Shown here: in pieces, positions 21,730-31,787 of the stretch
How positions within the stretch are numbered: the first letter of the stretch is position 1
How the letters are laid out: every line of letters begins with the position of its first letter
Assembly (NCBI GenBank): GCA_004764695.1
Contig: SMSO01000021.1
Location: 1 to 31,787 of the forward strand
Direction of reading: 5' to 3'
DNA: 31,787 nt
Origin: Schizochytrium sp. TIO01
Lineage: Eukaryota; Protista; Bigyra: Labyrinthulomycetes
The notes under the pieces: generated by a model
Seen by the model: only the letters and a program-made list of their open reading frames with translations
Told to the model about the DNA's origin: nothing
The model's database searches: none
Program-made: the position numbers and the translations under genes

Positions 21730-23625
21730 ATGAACATGGACTCGAACAGACTGCTCAAGGCAGGAGCTGCTGCTGGAGCCGCTTATGCGAGCTGGAAGTG
21801 GCTTGATGATAGGCATGGCATAACTCATGACATTGAAATGGCGCGCCGACTCTTGCCGCTTCGCAAGGAGATTAACGAGCTCAATAAGAACGGCTTTAAC
21901 GTGACCGAGCTTTGGCGCAAAGTACTTAGCAAGAACCCGAACAAACCTGCTCTGCTTTATTTAGACGAGGTCGTGACGTATCAGCAGGTGGAAGACCGCT
22001 CGAACCAGGTTTCCAACTGGCTGCTGAGCAAGGGCCTCAAGAGAGGCGATACAGTGGCCTTACTCATGGAGAATCGCCCAGAGTTTGTGATTTCTTGGCT
22101 AGGAATGACTAAAATCGGCGTGAAGGTAGCGCTCATCAACACTATGATCAAGCAAAAACCATTGTACCATTGCATCAAGATTTCCAGCTGCAAGATGTTG
22201 TTTTTCGGCGCTGAGCTCGCAGACCAGGTAAACGACATCAAAGAAGACCTTGTAGAACTTGGCGTAATGCTCTTTGCTACAAGCAAGGTGGAAAATGTTG
22301 ACTGGTGCCCCATGGTGACCGCTGAAATTGACGCCTCTCCAACAGCTGCAACAAGCCCTAAATTCCGCCAAGGAATTGGAATGCAAGATGTGTTTGGGTA
22401 CATCTATACATCAGGAACCACAGGTCTGCCCAAGGCAGCGGTGATCTTACATCAGAAAATGTTTGCTTTTGGTGCGTTAATGACTCGTTCGTTCAAGGTC
22501 AGAGAAACCGATGTAGTATACACCTGCCTTCCGCTCTTTCACAGTGCTGGTGGTGGTCTTGGCATTGGCATAATGCTGTATACAGGTGCAACTGTTGTGA
22601 TCAAGCGCAAGTTTAGCGCGAGTGACTTTTGGACTGACTGCATCAAATACAAATGTACTGTTGTGCAATACATTGGTGAGTTGTGCAGATACCTCACTCT
22701 CTGCGATGAGCGCCCTGAGGAAACCAAGCACTGTGTACGTTTGGCTATCGGGAATGGCCTCCGTCCAGAAATTTGGGGTACCTTTCAAGAGCGCTTTAAC
22801 ATTCCGGAAATTGGCGAGTTTTATGGAGCTACAGAAGGGAATGGCGCGCTAGTCCAGCACTGTACAAAGCCTGCTGATCGAGGCTCAGTTGGCCGGGTAG
22901 GTAGTCTTATGAAAAAAATCACTGGAATCAAGTTTGCCAAATTCGATGTTGTCGAGGAAAAACCAATTCGTGGGCCCGATGGATTCTGTATCGAATGTGC
23001 AGCGGACGAGCCTGGCGAACTTCTCTTTCTTATCCGTGATGATGACCCAAGCTCCCAATTCGCAGGCTATAATGACCCCAAGGCTACTGCCAAGAAAATC
23101 ATTACTGATGCTTTTGTGAAAGGTGATAAATACTTTCGCACGGGAGATCTCCTTAGCCGCGATGCCACTGGTAGGGTCTACTTCCGAGACCGAATTGGGG
23201 ATACGTTTCGATGCAAAGGTGAAAACGTGTCCACAAGTGAGGTAGCAGAGGTTCTTTCCACTTTTCCTGGTGTCGAAGAGCTTAATATATATGGTGTACA
23301 AATTCCAAACCAATTGGATGGGCGCTTTCCGGCTGCGGCTATCACGCCAAAAGATGGAAACATTGCTAATTTAGATATGAAGAAGCTTCTTGCACATGCA
23401 AAGAAAAATCTTCCTGCCTACGCCATTCCCATGTTTCTTCGAATTCAGACAGAAATTGCAGTCACAGCAACCCTTAAATTACAAAAGGTACAGCTACGTA
23501 AGGAAGGCATGGACATTAGCATTATCCAAGATCCCATGTATTGGTTACACGACGAGAAACAAGAATATGTCCCTCTTACACAGGACGACTATGCACGTAT
23601 CATTGGTCAACGCGCTCGTCTTTAG
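21730..23625 (+). CDS. Very-long-chain acyl-CoA synthetase / fatty acid transport protein (FATP, SLC27/Fat1 family), likely peroxisomal
   Basis: Contains the AMP-binding motif YIYTSGTTGLPKAA, CLPLFHS, QYIGELCRYL, GNGLRP, EFYGATEGN and the FATP motif YFRTGDLL..YFRDRIGDTFRCKGENVST. The C-terminus is -ARL. An alternative start is at 21736. Confidence 0.95.
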   Translation: MNMDSNRLLKAGAAAGAAYASWKWLDDRHGITHDIEMARRLLPLRKEINELNKNGFNVTELWRKVLSKNPNKPALLYLDEVVTYQQVEDRSNQVSNWLLSKGLKRGDTVALLMENRPEFVISWLGMTKIGVKVALINTMIKQKPLYHCIKISSCKMLFFGAELADQVNDIKEDLVELGVMLFATSKVENVDWCPMVTAEIDASPTAATSPKFRQGIGMQDVFGYIYTSGTTGLPKAAVILHQKMFAFGALMTRSFKVRETDVVYTCLPLFHSAGGGLGIGIMLYTGATVVIKRKFSASDFWTDCIKYKCTVVQYIGELCRYLTLCDERPEETKHCVRLAIGNGLRPEIWGTFQERFNIPEIGEFYGATEGNGALVQHCTKPADRGSVGRVGSLMKKITGIKFAKFDVVEEKPIRGPDGFCIECAADEPGELLFLIRDDDPSSQFAGYNDPKATAKKIITDAFVKGDKYFRTGDLLSRDATGRVYFRDRIGDTFRCKGENVSTSEVAEVLSTFPGVEELNIYGVQIPNQLDGRFPAAAITPKDGNIANLDMKKLLAHAKKNLPAYAIPMFLRIQTEIAVTATLKLQKVQLRKEGMDISIIQDPMYWLHDEKQEYVPLTQDDYARIIGQRARL

Positions 23626-24021
23626 ACCTTTGAATTTCAAAGTTTTGAGAAAGTATACCCACTCGCGTCCTAAATTTAAAAGTTAACAAATATAAATTTG
23701 TTTGTTTCTCATAATAAATGCATCGGCATATAACCTAAGGGAAGAGTGCTTCCGCTCCAACGCATTTGCGCATACACTTTTTTTTTAAATGGCTTGAGCT
23801 ATAGATTAATATCATCAATTCTTGAAAGGTAGAATATTACATCTTGTAAATGATTTGTGAAAGACAAAGAACGAATTGTGTGTTGTAGAATACGATTTTA
23901 TAATTTTAATAGTCAAAAAGCAATGGTATAATTGGTCAAAGCCTCACGTGGGGCGTCTGAATTGTCAAAGCCAAGCGCAACCGATGACTGAACAAGGTTC
24001 AGTTAATCAGCAATACAATAT

Positions 24022-26103
24022 TTAATGGGGCGGGCCGCGAGGGTTAGCCGACCATCTCTCGCGACCGCGAACAATATCCAGACCCTGGTCTGACTGAGGA
24101 CCAGGGGCAGCGAGTGCAGATTGCGGGTATCCGCTTGATGTGGAGCGGCTCCGAAGGATTGTCTCTGGGCTTGTTGCAGATCCCCTCTGCCGTCTTCGAA
24201 TGAAGAAAACAGTCGCTGCAGCTAAAAGCGTAGCAGGAACGGCAACACCAATGACGATGTAAATTAAAGACATCGAGTAAGTGTTGGACTTTGGTTCGGT
24301 TGTCGGAGCGCTTGTCGGCCACATTGTAATAGTTGCGGCCTTGAAACAGTTTTGGAAAGAACTTGAGCTCGAACATAAACGCGTAGATTGCGTTCCATCA
24401 CACATTTTAATTGCAATGGAAGAGTTTGCATTGTCTGTGCATGTGGATGAGTCAACAGTGTACTCCAATGTCATTACTGCTTTGTCAGCGCTGATGAAAG
24501 AATCATATTTGTCACAGTTTCCGCGATTCACGCAGGCTTCCGCCAAGGCAAAGTCGTAATACGAAACTAAATCATCAGCAATGGTGCGTGCAGAATGCAA
24601 ACCAACCAGTAATCCTTGCTCAGATGCGTATGTCGCCAGATATGAGTTGTAGGCTATCTGGGCATCTTCAGCAGACGCACGAGTGGTAATGCTTGATACA
24701 CCGAGATTTGATCGACATGTGCTATACTCAAGACAGTCCGTATCCATAGGGAAAACACCATGGCATCCAATTTCCGCTGCCGCATCAATTCTTGTAGCCA
24801 TAAGGGCACGAAGACCTGTGTCTGTCATGTTCAACCACAAGTCTCCACGAGGGGTTTCTGCGTTATTCTCGATTAGATAGGCTTCCCAAGCAGCCTTGTT
24901 TGAAAGATAGTCCGGGCGCCATGTTTCTAGTGCACCGGCACTAAATGTGCACAGAACGTGGTGACCTTGACCCACAAGGTAATCCACAAGGTCTGAGTTG
25001 AGCCCATCATTGTCATGAAGACTCACAAACACCGCTTGGGTAATCGATACGTTATCCATAAGAAGGCGCTCGTTAGATGAGCGTAGGACTCTTCGGGAAG
25101 TGATCGCATCTGTTTGCTCCTGAATAATTTCAGACATGTTCGCAAAGCCAAACGCTAGATTCGACCATGATACTGGTGATTCGGGCAGTGCATACTTGTC
25201 CGGGGTTGGCGCAACAGAAGGGCGTACGGTAGGACGAGGAGTTGGTGTTGAAGCTGGAGAGGGTGTGCTGCCGTCATCCCAACAGTTGATCCATTCTCCA
25301 GAAGTACACAAGTTGCCATTGCCACTACAATATTTCGTAGAAAGCGAATAAGTGTCCGCAGTAGTGCAAGCACCACTGATAAGCGTGTACTCCGCGTTTA
25401 ATATTGCTTTGCCGTCTGAAACAAAGGGAGACAACATATCGCACTCGCTGTATCGCTGGCAAGCTTCATTGATGGCAAAGTCGTAATCACTGTGCATTGT
25501 ACTTACAAGGTCAAGGGAGTTTTTGAGAGCAATCGCTAACCCTAAGTTATGCGCTGTGGTAATTTGCCATTGGTTGTATGCAATTTGAGCAGTGAGCGCA
25601 GCACTCTTACTCCCACTGGTGGATTCAATCTTACCATAACAGTCTGAATTGTCGTAGCAATCGGTGTTGTCAGGTTCGATACCATCGCAGCCATATTGCA
25701 CAGCGCGTTCGAAGCGCGGGGTCATAAGATCCGCCAAGGCATCCAGTTGGGTAATGTCGAGCCATTCTTCGTCCCAGTCAGCCATGTCCCCAACCGCAAC
25801 AGCCATCCAGGCAGTTTCATTAGCGATGCAGTCTGCGCGGAAAGGTTCCAGTGTGCCGACTGAAACATAGCAAATGACAGTTTGCCCAGCTGCTTTGTAA
25901 GTGCTAATGAGATCTGTATCGTCAAGGTCGACAATAACGAGGTCTACACCCGTGGCATCATCTTCTCCGCCGCCGCTCCAGCCCCACGCCAAGTTTGCAT
26001 ATGTGATGCCGTTTGGCACACTCACAACGCCAATTGCAGGTTCTGCCGTATACAGACAAAACAACACTGCTGTGAGTAATGCATACATTCTGCTCTGCAT
26101 CAT
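24022..26103 (-). CDS. Type-I membrane protein with two GH114-like (endo-alpha-1,4-polygalactosaminidase) domains
   Basis: Signal peptide, then domain 1 (VICYVSVGTLE, WDEEWLDI, GCDGIEPDNTD, ALKNS, DFAINEAC..SEC, NAEY), a P/T linker, domain 2 (TFSAGALETWRPD, GCHGVFPMD, DFALAEAC, TLEY), a TM segment (LIYIVIGVAVPATLLAAATVFFI) and a basic RRRQR stop-transfer. Confidence 0.88.
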   Translation of the reverse strand: MMQSRMYALLTAVLFCLYTAEPAIGVVSVPNGITYANLAWGWSGGGEDDATGVDLVIVDLDDTDLISTYKAAGQTVICYVSVGTLEPFRADCIANETAWMAVAVGDMADWDEEWLDITQLDALADLMTPRFERAVQYGCDGIEPDNTDCYDNSDCYGKIESTSGSKSAALTAQIAYNQWQITTAHNLGLAIALKNSLDLVSTMHSDYDFAINEACQRYSECDMLSPFVSDGKAILNAEYTLISGACTTADTYSLSTKYCSGNGNLCTSGEWINCWDDGSTPSPASTPTPRPTVRPSVAPTPDKYALPESPVSWSNLAFGFANMSEIIQEQTDAITSRRVLRSSNERLLMDNVSITQAVFVSLHDNDGLNSDLVDYLVGQGHHVLCTFSAGALETWRPDYLSNKAAWEAYLIENNAETPRGDLWLNMTDTGLRALMATRIDAAAEIGCHGVFPMDTDCLEYSTCRSNLGVSSITTRASAEDAQIAYNSYLATYASEQGLLVGLHSARTIADDLVSYYDFALAEACVNRGNCDKYDSFISADKAVMTLEYTVDSSTCTDNANSSIAIKMCDGTQSTRLCSSSSSFQNCFKAATITMWPTSAPTTEPKSNTYSMSLIYIVIGVAVPATLLAAATVFFIRRRQRGSATSPETILRSRSTSSGYPQSALAAPGPQSDQGLDIVRGRERWSANPRGPPH

Positions 26104-27201
26104 CCTCTATCACAAGACCTTGCGTCTGCGAGCAGGCCCCAGCCGTGCCGCACAATAGAGTTTTGGTTGCTGTCTGCACAGCTCTTTGGATTCGCAGTGC
26201 GCGCTCTTGTTAAATCCTCTTTTGTAGTCCTTGTAATATTTTGTATTGAAAGAGAAAAACGGAATCACACCTTAGCGCTGTAAGACACCCAGAACTAAGA
26301 ACCAAGACTATGCCTCCAGCTGGCCCAGAGCCTTAAAACCGTGTCGCCGTCTCCACAGGGCTCCAAGAGCATCTCCGAGTTCAAGTATTGCATTTCCCTT
26401 CGTACAGCCACGCTCGCTCCCACGCACACACGCACAGTCAGTCAGTCAGTCAGCCTAGCCAGCGCTAAGAAGCATGAATTCTTGTCCTCGCAATGACCAC
26501 TGTCCAATTGTATAGTTACTTTAATACACAGGGGATGAGAGCACGTGCAAATTGTGTAAGCAAGGGAGCACTCCTGTGGTTCCGAAAGTGGGACGCCAGT
26601 CACTCGTCTCCACTGCAGACCCGCTGTCTCTGCGGAGGAGGCCTTTGGTGTCGGCCTCGTCGGAGCTGCTCGAATGCGCTGCTGATGCTGCAGGTGTTGT
26701 GCACGTGAGCGGTAATGCACTCTTAGAGAAGAACTTCTCCCAGCAAAGAGCAGCAAGTCCAAAGGGGCTTTCTGGAGTTGTGCCGACCGCTCAGCGTTGT
26801 CTTGATCTTGTTTCTAGCCTGAGAATCAGCAGGCAGGTAGGTATAGGCACCTAGGAGCAGAGAAGGGAGTGAGTAAGTAAGTAAGCAAGCAAGCAAGCAG
26901 GTCCTGCCTATATGCTGATGTGGTTTGTGCTTTACTCTATGCTGTCTATGGACTTGAGGCTGTTTTAAGAAATCAGGAGCCTAGTCCAGTCGTATCTAGC
27001 CGCTGGAAATGCGAACCAACGAGCTTTCGGTCACCCTCCTTGGCAAATTGGGTGTAGCACCAGCGTACGGTACGAAGCGCACGATCTTAAAGGTTGGTAT
27101 TTGGAATGCATGTAGCAGCTTTCAAAGTTATCAGCATTACTATTAAATTGAGCCAGGACGAGTGTTTTTTTAATTTTTTTATAAACCCTTTCGTAGAATG
27201 T

Positions 27202-27219
27202 GCATGCATGCATGCATGC
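27202..27219. repeat. (TGCA)n self-complementary microsatellite
   Basis: Directly visible. Confidence 0.85.
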
Positions 27220-29073
27220 AGAATATCATCGATGGGACATCCGACCGACCACCCATGCTCATGACTTCATGAACTTGAACGAGCGGGGAGATATCTGGAT
27301 ATAAGCTAATGCTCAAGCTTTTCGGCCTGTGTTCAATCACATAGACTACCACCGACAGCTTCGCACCACAGTTTTTTTCTAGCAAACAAGATTAGAAGAG
27401 GAAGATTGCCAGCGAGGGAGCTGGAGCTTCACTGCAAACAGTTTAGTACTTAGTAGCAGCAGATACTTGGTGCGCTGCTTCTGCACAATTAAGTCTTGAA
27501 GAATAAATTTTTGCTTATCATTTACTCCCTCGCTCAAGCTTCGAGAGACAGCGCCTATAACATTCAGTTTGTGCATGCGCTGGGTGCAAAGTACATTTCT
27601 ACACCCACGGCAGAAAACCAAGCCATGACTGTGGCCATCTTCTGAGGAAGATAGTAAGTAGCGCCAGTATTTGTGCTTGCTTGCAAGAGTAGCAGTAACT
27701 CGGAAAGTCGTCAGAGCCGCAGAGCATGACAATGAATTGCCGGACCATCTGCCACCGCGCATGTGTCGCGCTACCGAATCAGCGTGCTTGCTCACCACTG
27801 GAGCTTCCAAACAACCCAAGAAACAGTGTGTGCAGTAGCAATTTTGTAGTAGACACGACAATTGACGATTATGATGCTTGCAATTACTGTGAATCTTCAA
27901 GTTGAGTAGTATTGAAACGTGCAATGCGGATGCCCACGATGCTCATCATGAGCACGGCGGTGTAACAGTAGACCATCTTGACGATGTTTTGATATCAATG
28001 ACCTTCATTGCGGCTTTCCTTCTTTTCTCTAAATGGGATTGTTGGTAGAAACAGGTCGAGGTAGGAGTAGGTAGGTATAACCTATGCTACTATATACTTT
28101 TACCTCAGCTGGCTGCACACCAGGTGCACGTGTACACCCGCCATCACTCCTACTCCTACTACTTTGAGGCAAGCTCTCATGGTGATGACAGCAAAATTTT
28201 GATGATCACTGAAGTTTGAAAACTCAATGTTGATGATGATAACCAAATTCCTTTTTGATCATGAGCAGTAGATCCCTCGTAGAAAAGTGTGCAATACTTC
28301 TAAGGTCTACTGGAAACCTCTAGAATATTATTTTTGTATTTAGCGGAAGAGAATGAGGAAAACGAAGTGATGCCTGTTCTTCGAGATATCCTGAAATTGG
28401 TGGCAGCTAGATAATATCTCACTCGCTCAGATTAAAATAGATTCTCACGAGGGAGGGTGAAAATTTCGGAAATGGCTCGCTTTCTAAATAGTGTTTTATG
28501 GCTTATAAGGGAGCGTGAATCAATCTCTTGGTGAGAGATGGACTTGTGTCAAAAACCTGATTTCCAAAAAACGATGAGCGAGGGATTTAAACTATCCACC
28601 CTTTAATAGTTTTAAAAGTACTGCGTGCAGTGTATATGCAGCTGCCCTAGGCTTGCGATATTATTCGGGGGAGTAGGCCCTATCAAGAGATTTGGCGGAC
28701 ACACTCTTTCATCGAAGAATAAATAATTTTTTTGGCAGATCTAATAATCTTGTCTCGCAAAAATCGCAACACTTTGGGTAGTAGGTATAATAAAGTAGGT
28801 AGGTACTACTATTCTCCGGTTAGATATTAACTGGGACAGTTTCGAACCGAAGCTACTAGGAGCTCTATTGAAATTGAGGATTTCATCTCTATGTGCTACG
28901 AGTAGAATTCAGCTTTTCATTGTTAGCTAGGTATTGGATCAACGAGCCGCGGCCAACCTGCATAGTAATTATTTTTTAAATTTCTAAAAGTAAGAAGAAG
29001 AAAACTACGGTATAAAGAAAGAAAAATTACATTTTAAGAATCAGTCTATGCAATACAAGACAAATGCCGCTAA

Positions 29074-31787
29074 CTAGTCACGAAAATTCTCGTGACGAGA
29101 GTTATGCGAAAAAACGGTGACTGTTCCATCTACTGAAGAATTTCTACGGCGTCTTGACGATCGCCGGCGACGGTAACTCAGATAAATTAAGATCAGCACG
29201 CACCCTACAGTGGCACCAATTGCACCCGTTACAACTGGGGAAAGTTTAAGTGAATGGCTGTCGCTCTCCTCTTCCACAGCATCTGAGCTAGACTCATTAG
29301 TACCACGAGTTCCTACCGAGCCAAAACAATTCACTTGGGTCGTGTTGTTCGAGCACTCCTGTGAGCTGGCATCTCCACTACACATTTTTGTAGATACGCC
29401 CCATTGCTCAGAGGCATCACAGAGAGAAGTGGTCACACTATATTCACGGTTGAACACAGGCTTGCTGGTGTTCAAAAATTTCATGTATGCAGCACACTCA
29501 CCGCGCGAAATGCATCCCTCAGCCATTGCAAAATCATACTGTGATACCATAAGATCAGCGAGCTTTGAGTTTGCATGCAAACCGATCTTGAGACTTTGGG
29601 AAGAGGCCATAGAAGCAAGCCAATCATTATACGCATACTGTGCAATATCTGCTTCTTCGCGCGAGAAACCAAAGGCACGACGGCATGAAGCATAACTATT
29701 GCAATTTACGTCTAAGGGAAGAATACCTGAGCAACCAATATTTGCTGCGGAGACGATCCGCTTACCCATCAAAATGCGAAGATCAATGGAGCTGATGTTA
29801 AGCCAGTCCCGCGTGTTGGTGAACGCTGTTAGGTTGTTCCATAAAGTGGCATTCTCCTCGTAGTCTGGTCTCCAAGTTTCAAGAACGCCTGCACTGAATG
29901 TGCACATCACAGCTCGAGTGTTGCTGTACAGACTCTGTACAAGCTTAGAGTTCAGTTGGCCATCTTGAGTGTGCAGGTCAACCAAGACCACCTCTGTTCC
30001 GGTTACATTATCCAAGTCTGCAATACTTGTATCACCAGTGACCGCTTCGATGGTGTCCAGTGCGCGCAAATGTGGAGAATGAGAATACCGTGTGTCGACC
30101 AAACGACGCAGGGAATTGGTTGTATTCGAAGCACTTTCACTTGTTGTTGCATTAGCCGCAGTTGTAGTGTTGGTCTCACTGACAGTAGTGGGAGAATCAG
30201 TAGAAGAAGCTGTCGAGGTATCGGCAGTATCGATAGGAATACCCACCACGAGGTTCGCCCAGGGAACAAGGTCGCGTGCTTCATAGTTTATGGGGGGTGC
30301 CACAAGCTCGCCCGCTTGCAATGAGTTGAAGCAATTGTGCCAGGTTCCGTCCTGGCACATAAAGTTCACAGTGTTGTTGCCACCATCACAGAATTTAAGT
30401 TGGATATGCAAACTCTGAGCTTCAGTGCACAGGCTTGTCTGGTTATCCAGATTGTAATGATGAACCCAAATTGATTTGTTGCGTGTATAAAACGGGTCAT
30501 ATAAGCTACACTCGTCATAAGAAAGGCAGTTTGAATTGATTGCCCAGTCAAAGTCATCAGCAAGATACTGGACAAGCCCTGGCGCATTTTGTAAGGCTAT
30601 CAACATGCCACGCTCGTGTGCTGCGCTGGCAAGCCAACGATTGAAAACAAGTTGATCTTGAAGAGCTTGCGTGGCGTTTGGCAGAAAAGCTGTGCAAGTA
30701 TCCTGCAAAGCACAGTCCATGAAATCTGGCGCAATTGCACTGCAGTTATGCGCAACTGCCCGATCCAATCTTGGAATCAAGAGCTCTTGCATAGCTGTCA
30801 AGTTGCTAATATTCAGCCAGGCGTTTGATGTTTCCAAGGTAGCATTGAGTGTTGCTGCTTGCCAGGCCGCAGGGTCTGCAAGAACATCCTCACGGTACAA
30901 TTCACGCGTACCTGCACTGAAATAGCAGACAACCAGCTTATGTTCTTCATCCCACATGTTGATTTGCTCAGAACTAGTAGTATCCAGGTCTACCATCACA
31001 GCATCCATACCTGTAGCGTTATCTTTTCCTCCATCTGCCCAGCCCCACGCCATATTTGCAAAGGTGGTATTTGGATTGACTGCCCGCATGCCAGTAGGAA
31101 TTGACATAACAAGGCTTCCAGATGGGTCAATAGCATCAGTAGTCACCATGATTGTTGGGTATGGTGTGGGTGAAGATGTTGTAGGGACTATGACTAAGGT
31201 CGGATAAGTCGTAGGCTGTAGTGTTGGTTTCTTTGTTGTCGGCTGCAGCGTTGGTTGAAGAGTGGGCTGCAGCGTTGGTTGAGGAGTGGGCTGCAGCGTC
31301 GGTTGAGGAGTGGGCTGCAGCGTCGGTTGAGGAGTGGGCTGCAGCGTCGGTTGAGGAGTGGGCTGCAGCGTCGGTTGAGGAGTGGGCTGCAGCGTCGGTT
31401 GAGGAGTGGGCTGCAGCGTCGGTTGAGGAATGGGCTGCAGCGTCGGTTGAGGAGTGGTCTGCAACGTCGGTTGAGGAGTGGGCTGGCAATGTAGGTTGAG
31501 GGAGTGGGCTCTAAAGTAGGGGGCGATGTGGGACTGGGTGTGGTGCAGTCTGACCAAGTGCCGTTTACGCACATGCCATCAGCCTCCAGCGCACATTTTG
31601 GAGACATACTGTGTGCTGATGCCCTTGAGCAAGTGTTGCTCTCGAGTTGATACTCAACGTTGAAGACTGCCTTGTTGCTTCCGTAAAATAAACCATTCTT
31701 CCACACTCACTTTCTGAAAGGCATTGTTCGTTAACTGCGAAATCATAACTGCTGGCCATACTTGTGACGAGCTCCACGAGTTTTTCA
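29074..31787 (-). CDS. Paralogous type-I membrane protein with at least three GH114-like domains (5' end outside the window; apparent frameshifts at 31486-31778)
   Basis: The edge fragment reads LKNS/VELVTSMASSYDFAVNEQC..SEC/KAVFNVEY and is followed by QPTPQPTL repeats, domain B (VVCYFSAGTRE, APDFMDC, ALQNA, DWAINSNC), domain C (TFSAGVLETWRPD, GCSGILPLD, DFAMAEGC, PVFNREY), a TM segment (VVTGAIGATVGCVLILIYLSY) and an RRRRSSRRRR tail. The ORF-track start at 31572 is an artefact of the frameshifts. Confidence 0.82.
31241..31510 (-). repeat. 24-bp coding minisatellite (~11 copies) encoding QPTPQPTL, a mucin-like linker
   Basis: The unit ggctgcagcgtcggttgaggagtg repeats on the + strand. Confidence 0.95.

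Noticed and set aside
23988-24004. Hairpin ACTGAAC-aag-GTTCAGT between the convergent FATP and GH114 genes
   Set aside because: A 7-bp stem is expected by chance, and rho-independent terminators are irrelevant in a eukaryotic context.
27379-27924. 181-aa minus-strand ORF
   Set aside because: TTG start, no recognisable domain and atypical composition.
31241-31510. 24-bp repeats as a CRISPR array
   Set aside because: Head-to-tail units with no unique spacers, in frame within a CDS, and no cas genes.
1-31787. tRNA/rRNA genes, telomeric repeats, transposase/Fanzor or viral (mirusvirus-like) remnants
   Set aside because: The GTTCGA-type hits (7302, 11103, 28840) lack cloverleaf context, and I saw no TTAGGG arrays, terminal inverted repeats, or RT, DDE, RuvC or capsid motifs. 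Very eroded elements cannot be excluded without a search.

Overview
Eukaryotic nuclear DNA that is intron-poor and rich in microsatellites. Gene content and intergenic style suggest a thraustochytrid/labyrinthulomycete such as Aurantiochytrium, but the taxon is an inference. Apparently functional genes: the 5' end of a heterotrimeric G-protein beta subunit (<1-95, -), mitochondrial ribosomal protein uL15m (13101-14078), a secreted double sulfatase whose N-terminal copy lacks its catalytic residues (16195-19293, -), a FATP-family very-long-chain acyl-CoA synthetase with a PTS1 signal (21730-23625), and two paralogous type-I membrane proteins built from tandem GH114-like domains (24022-26103, - and 29074->31787, -). 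The second GH114 gene runs off the window and has several small indels near the edge. The most notable observation is that the long 'empty' intergenic stretches hold heavily eroded gene fossils, recognised by hand from ordered conserved motifs across stops and frameshifts: a tyrosine-kinase-like kinase, three PPR arrays, a DEAD-box helicase, a WD40 (PLAA/Doa1-like) protein and a class A flavin monooxygenase. This gene-graveyard pattern suggests large-scale duplication followed by gene loss (inference). No tRNA, rRNA, CRISPR array or recognisable transposase was seen.
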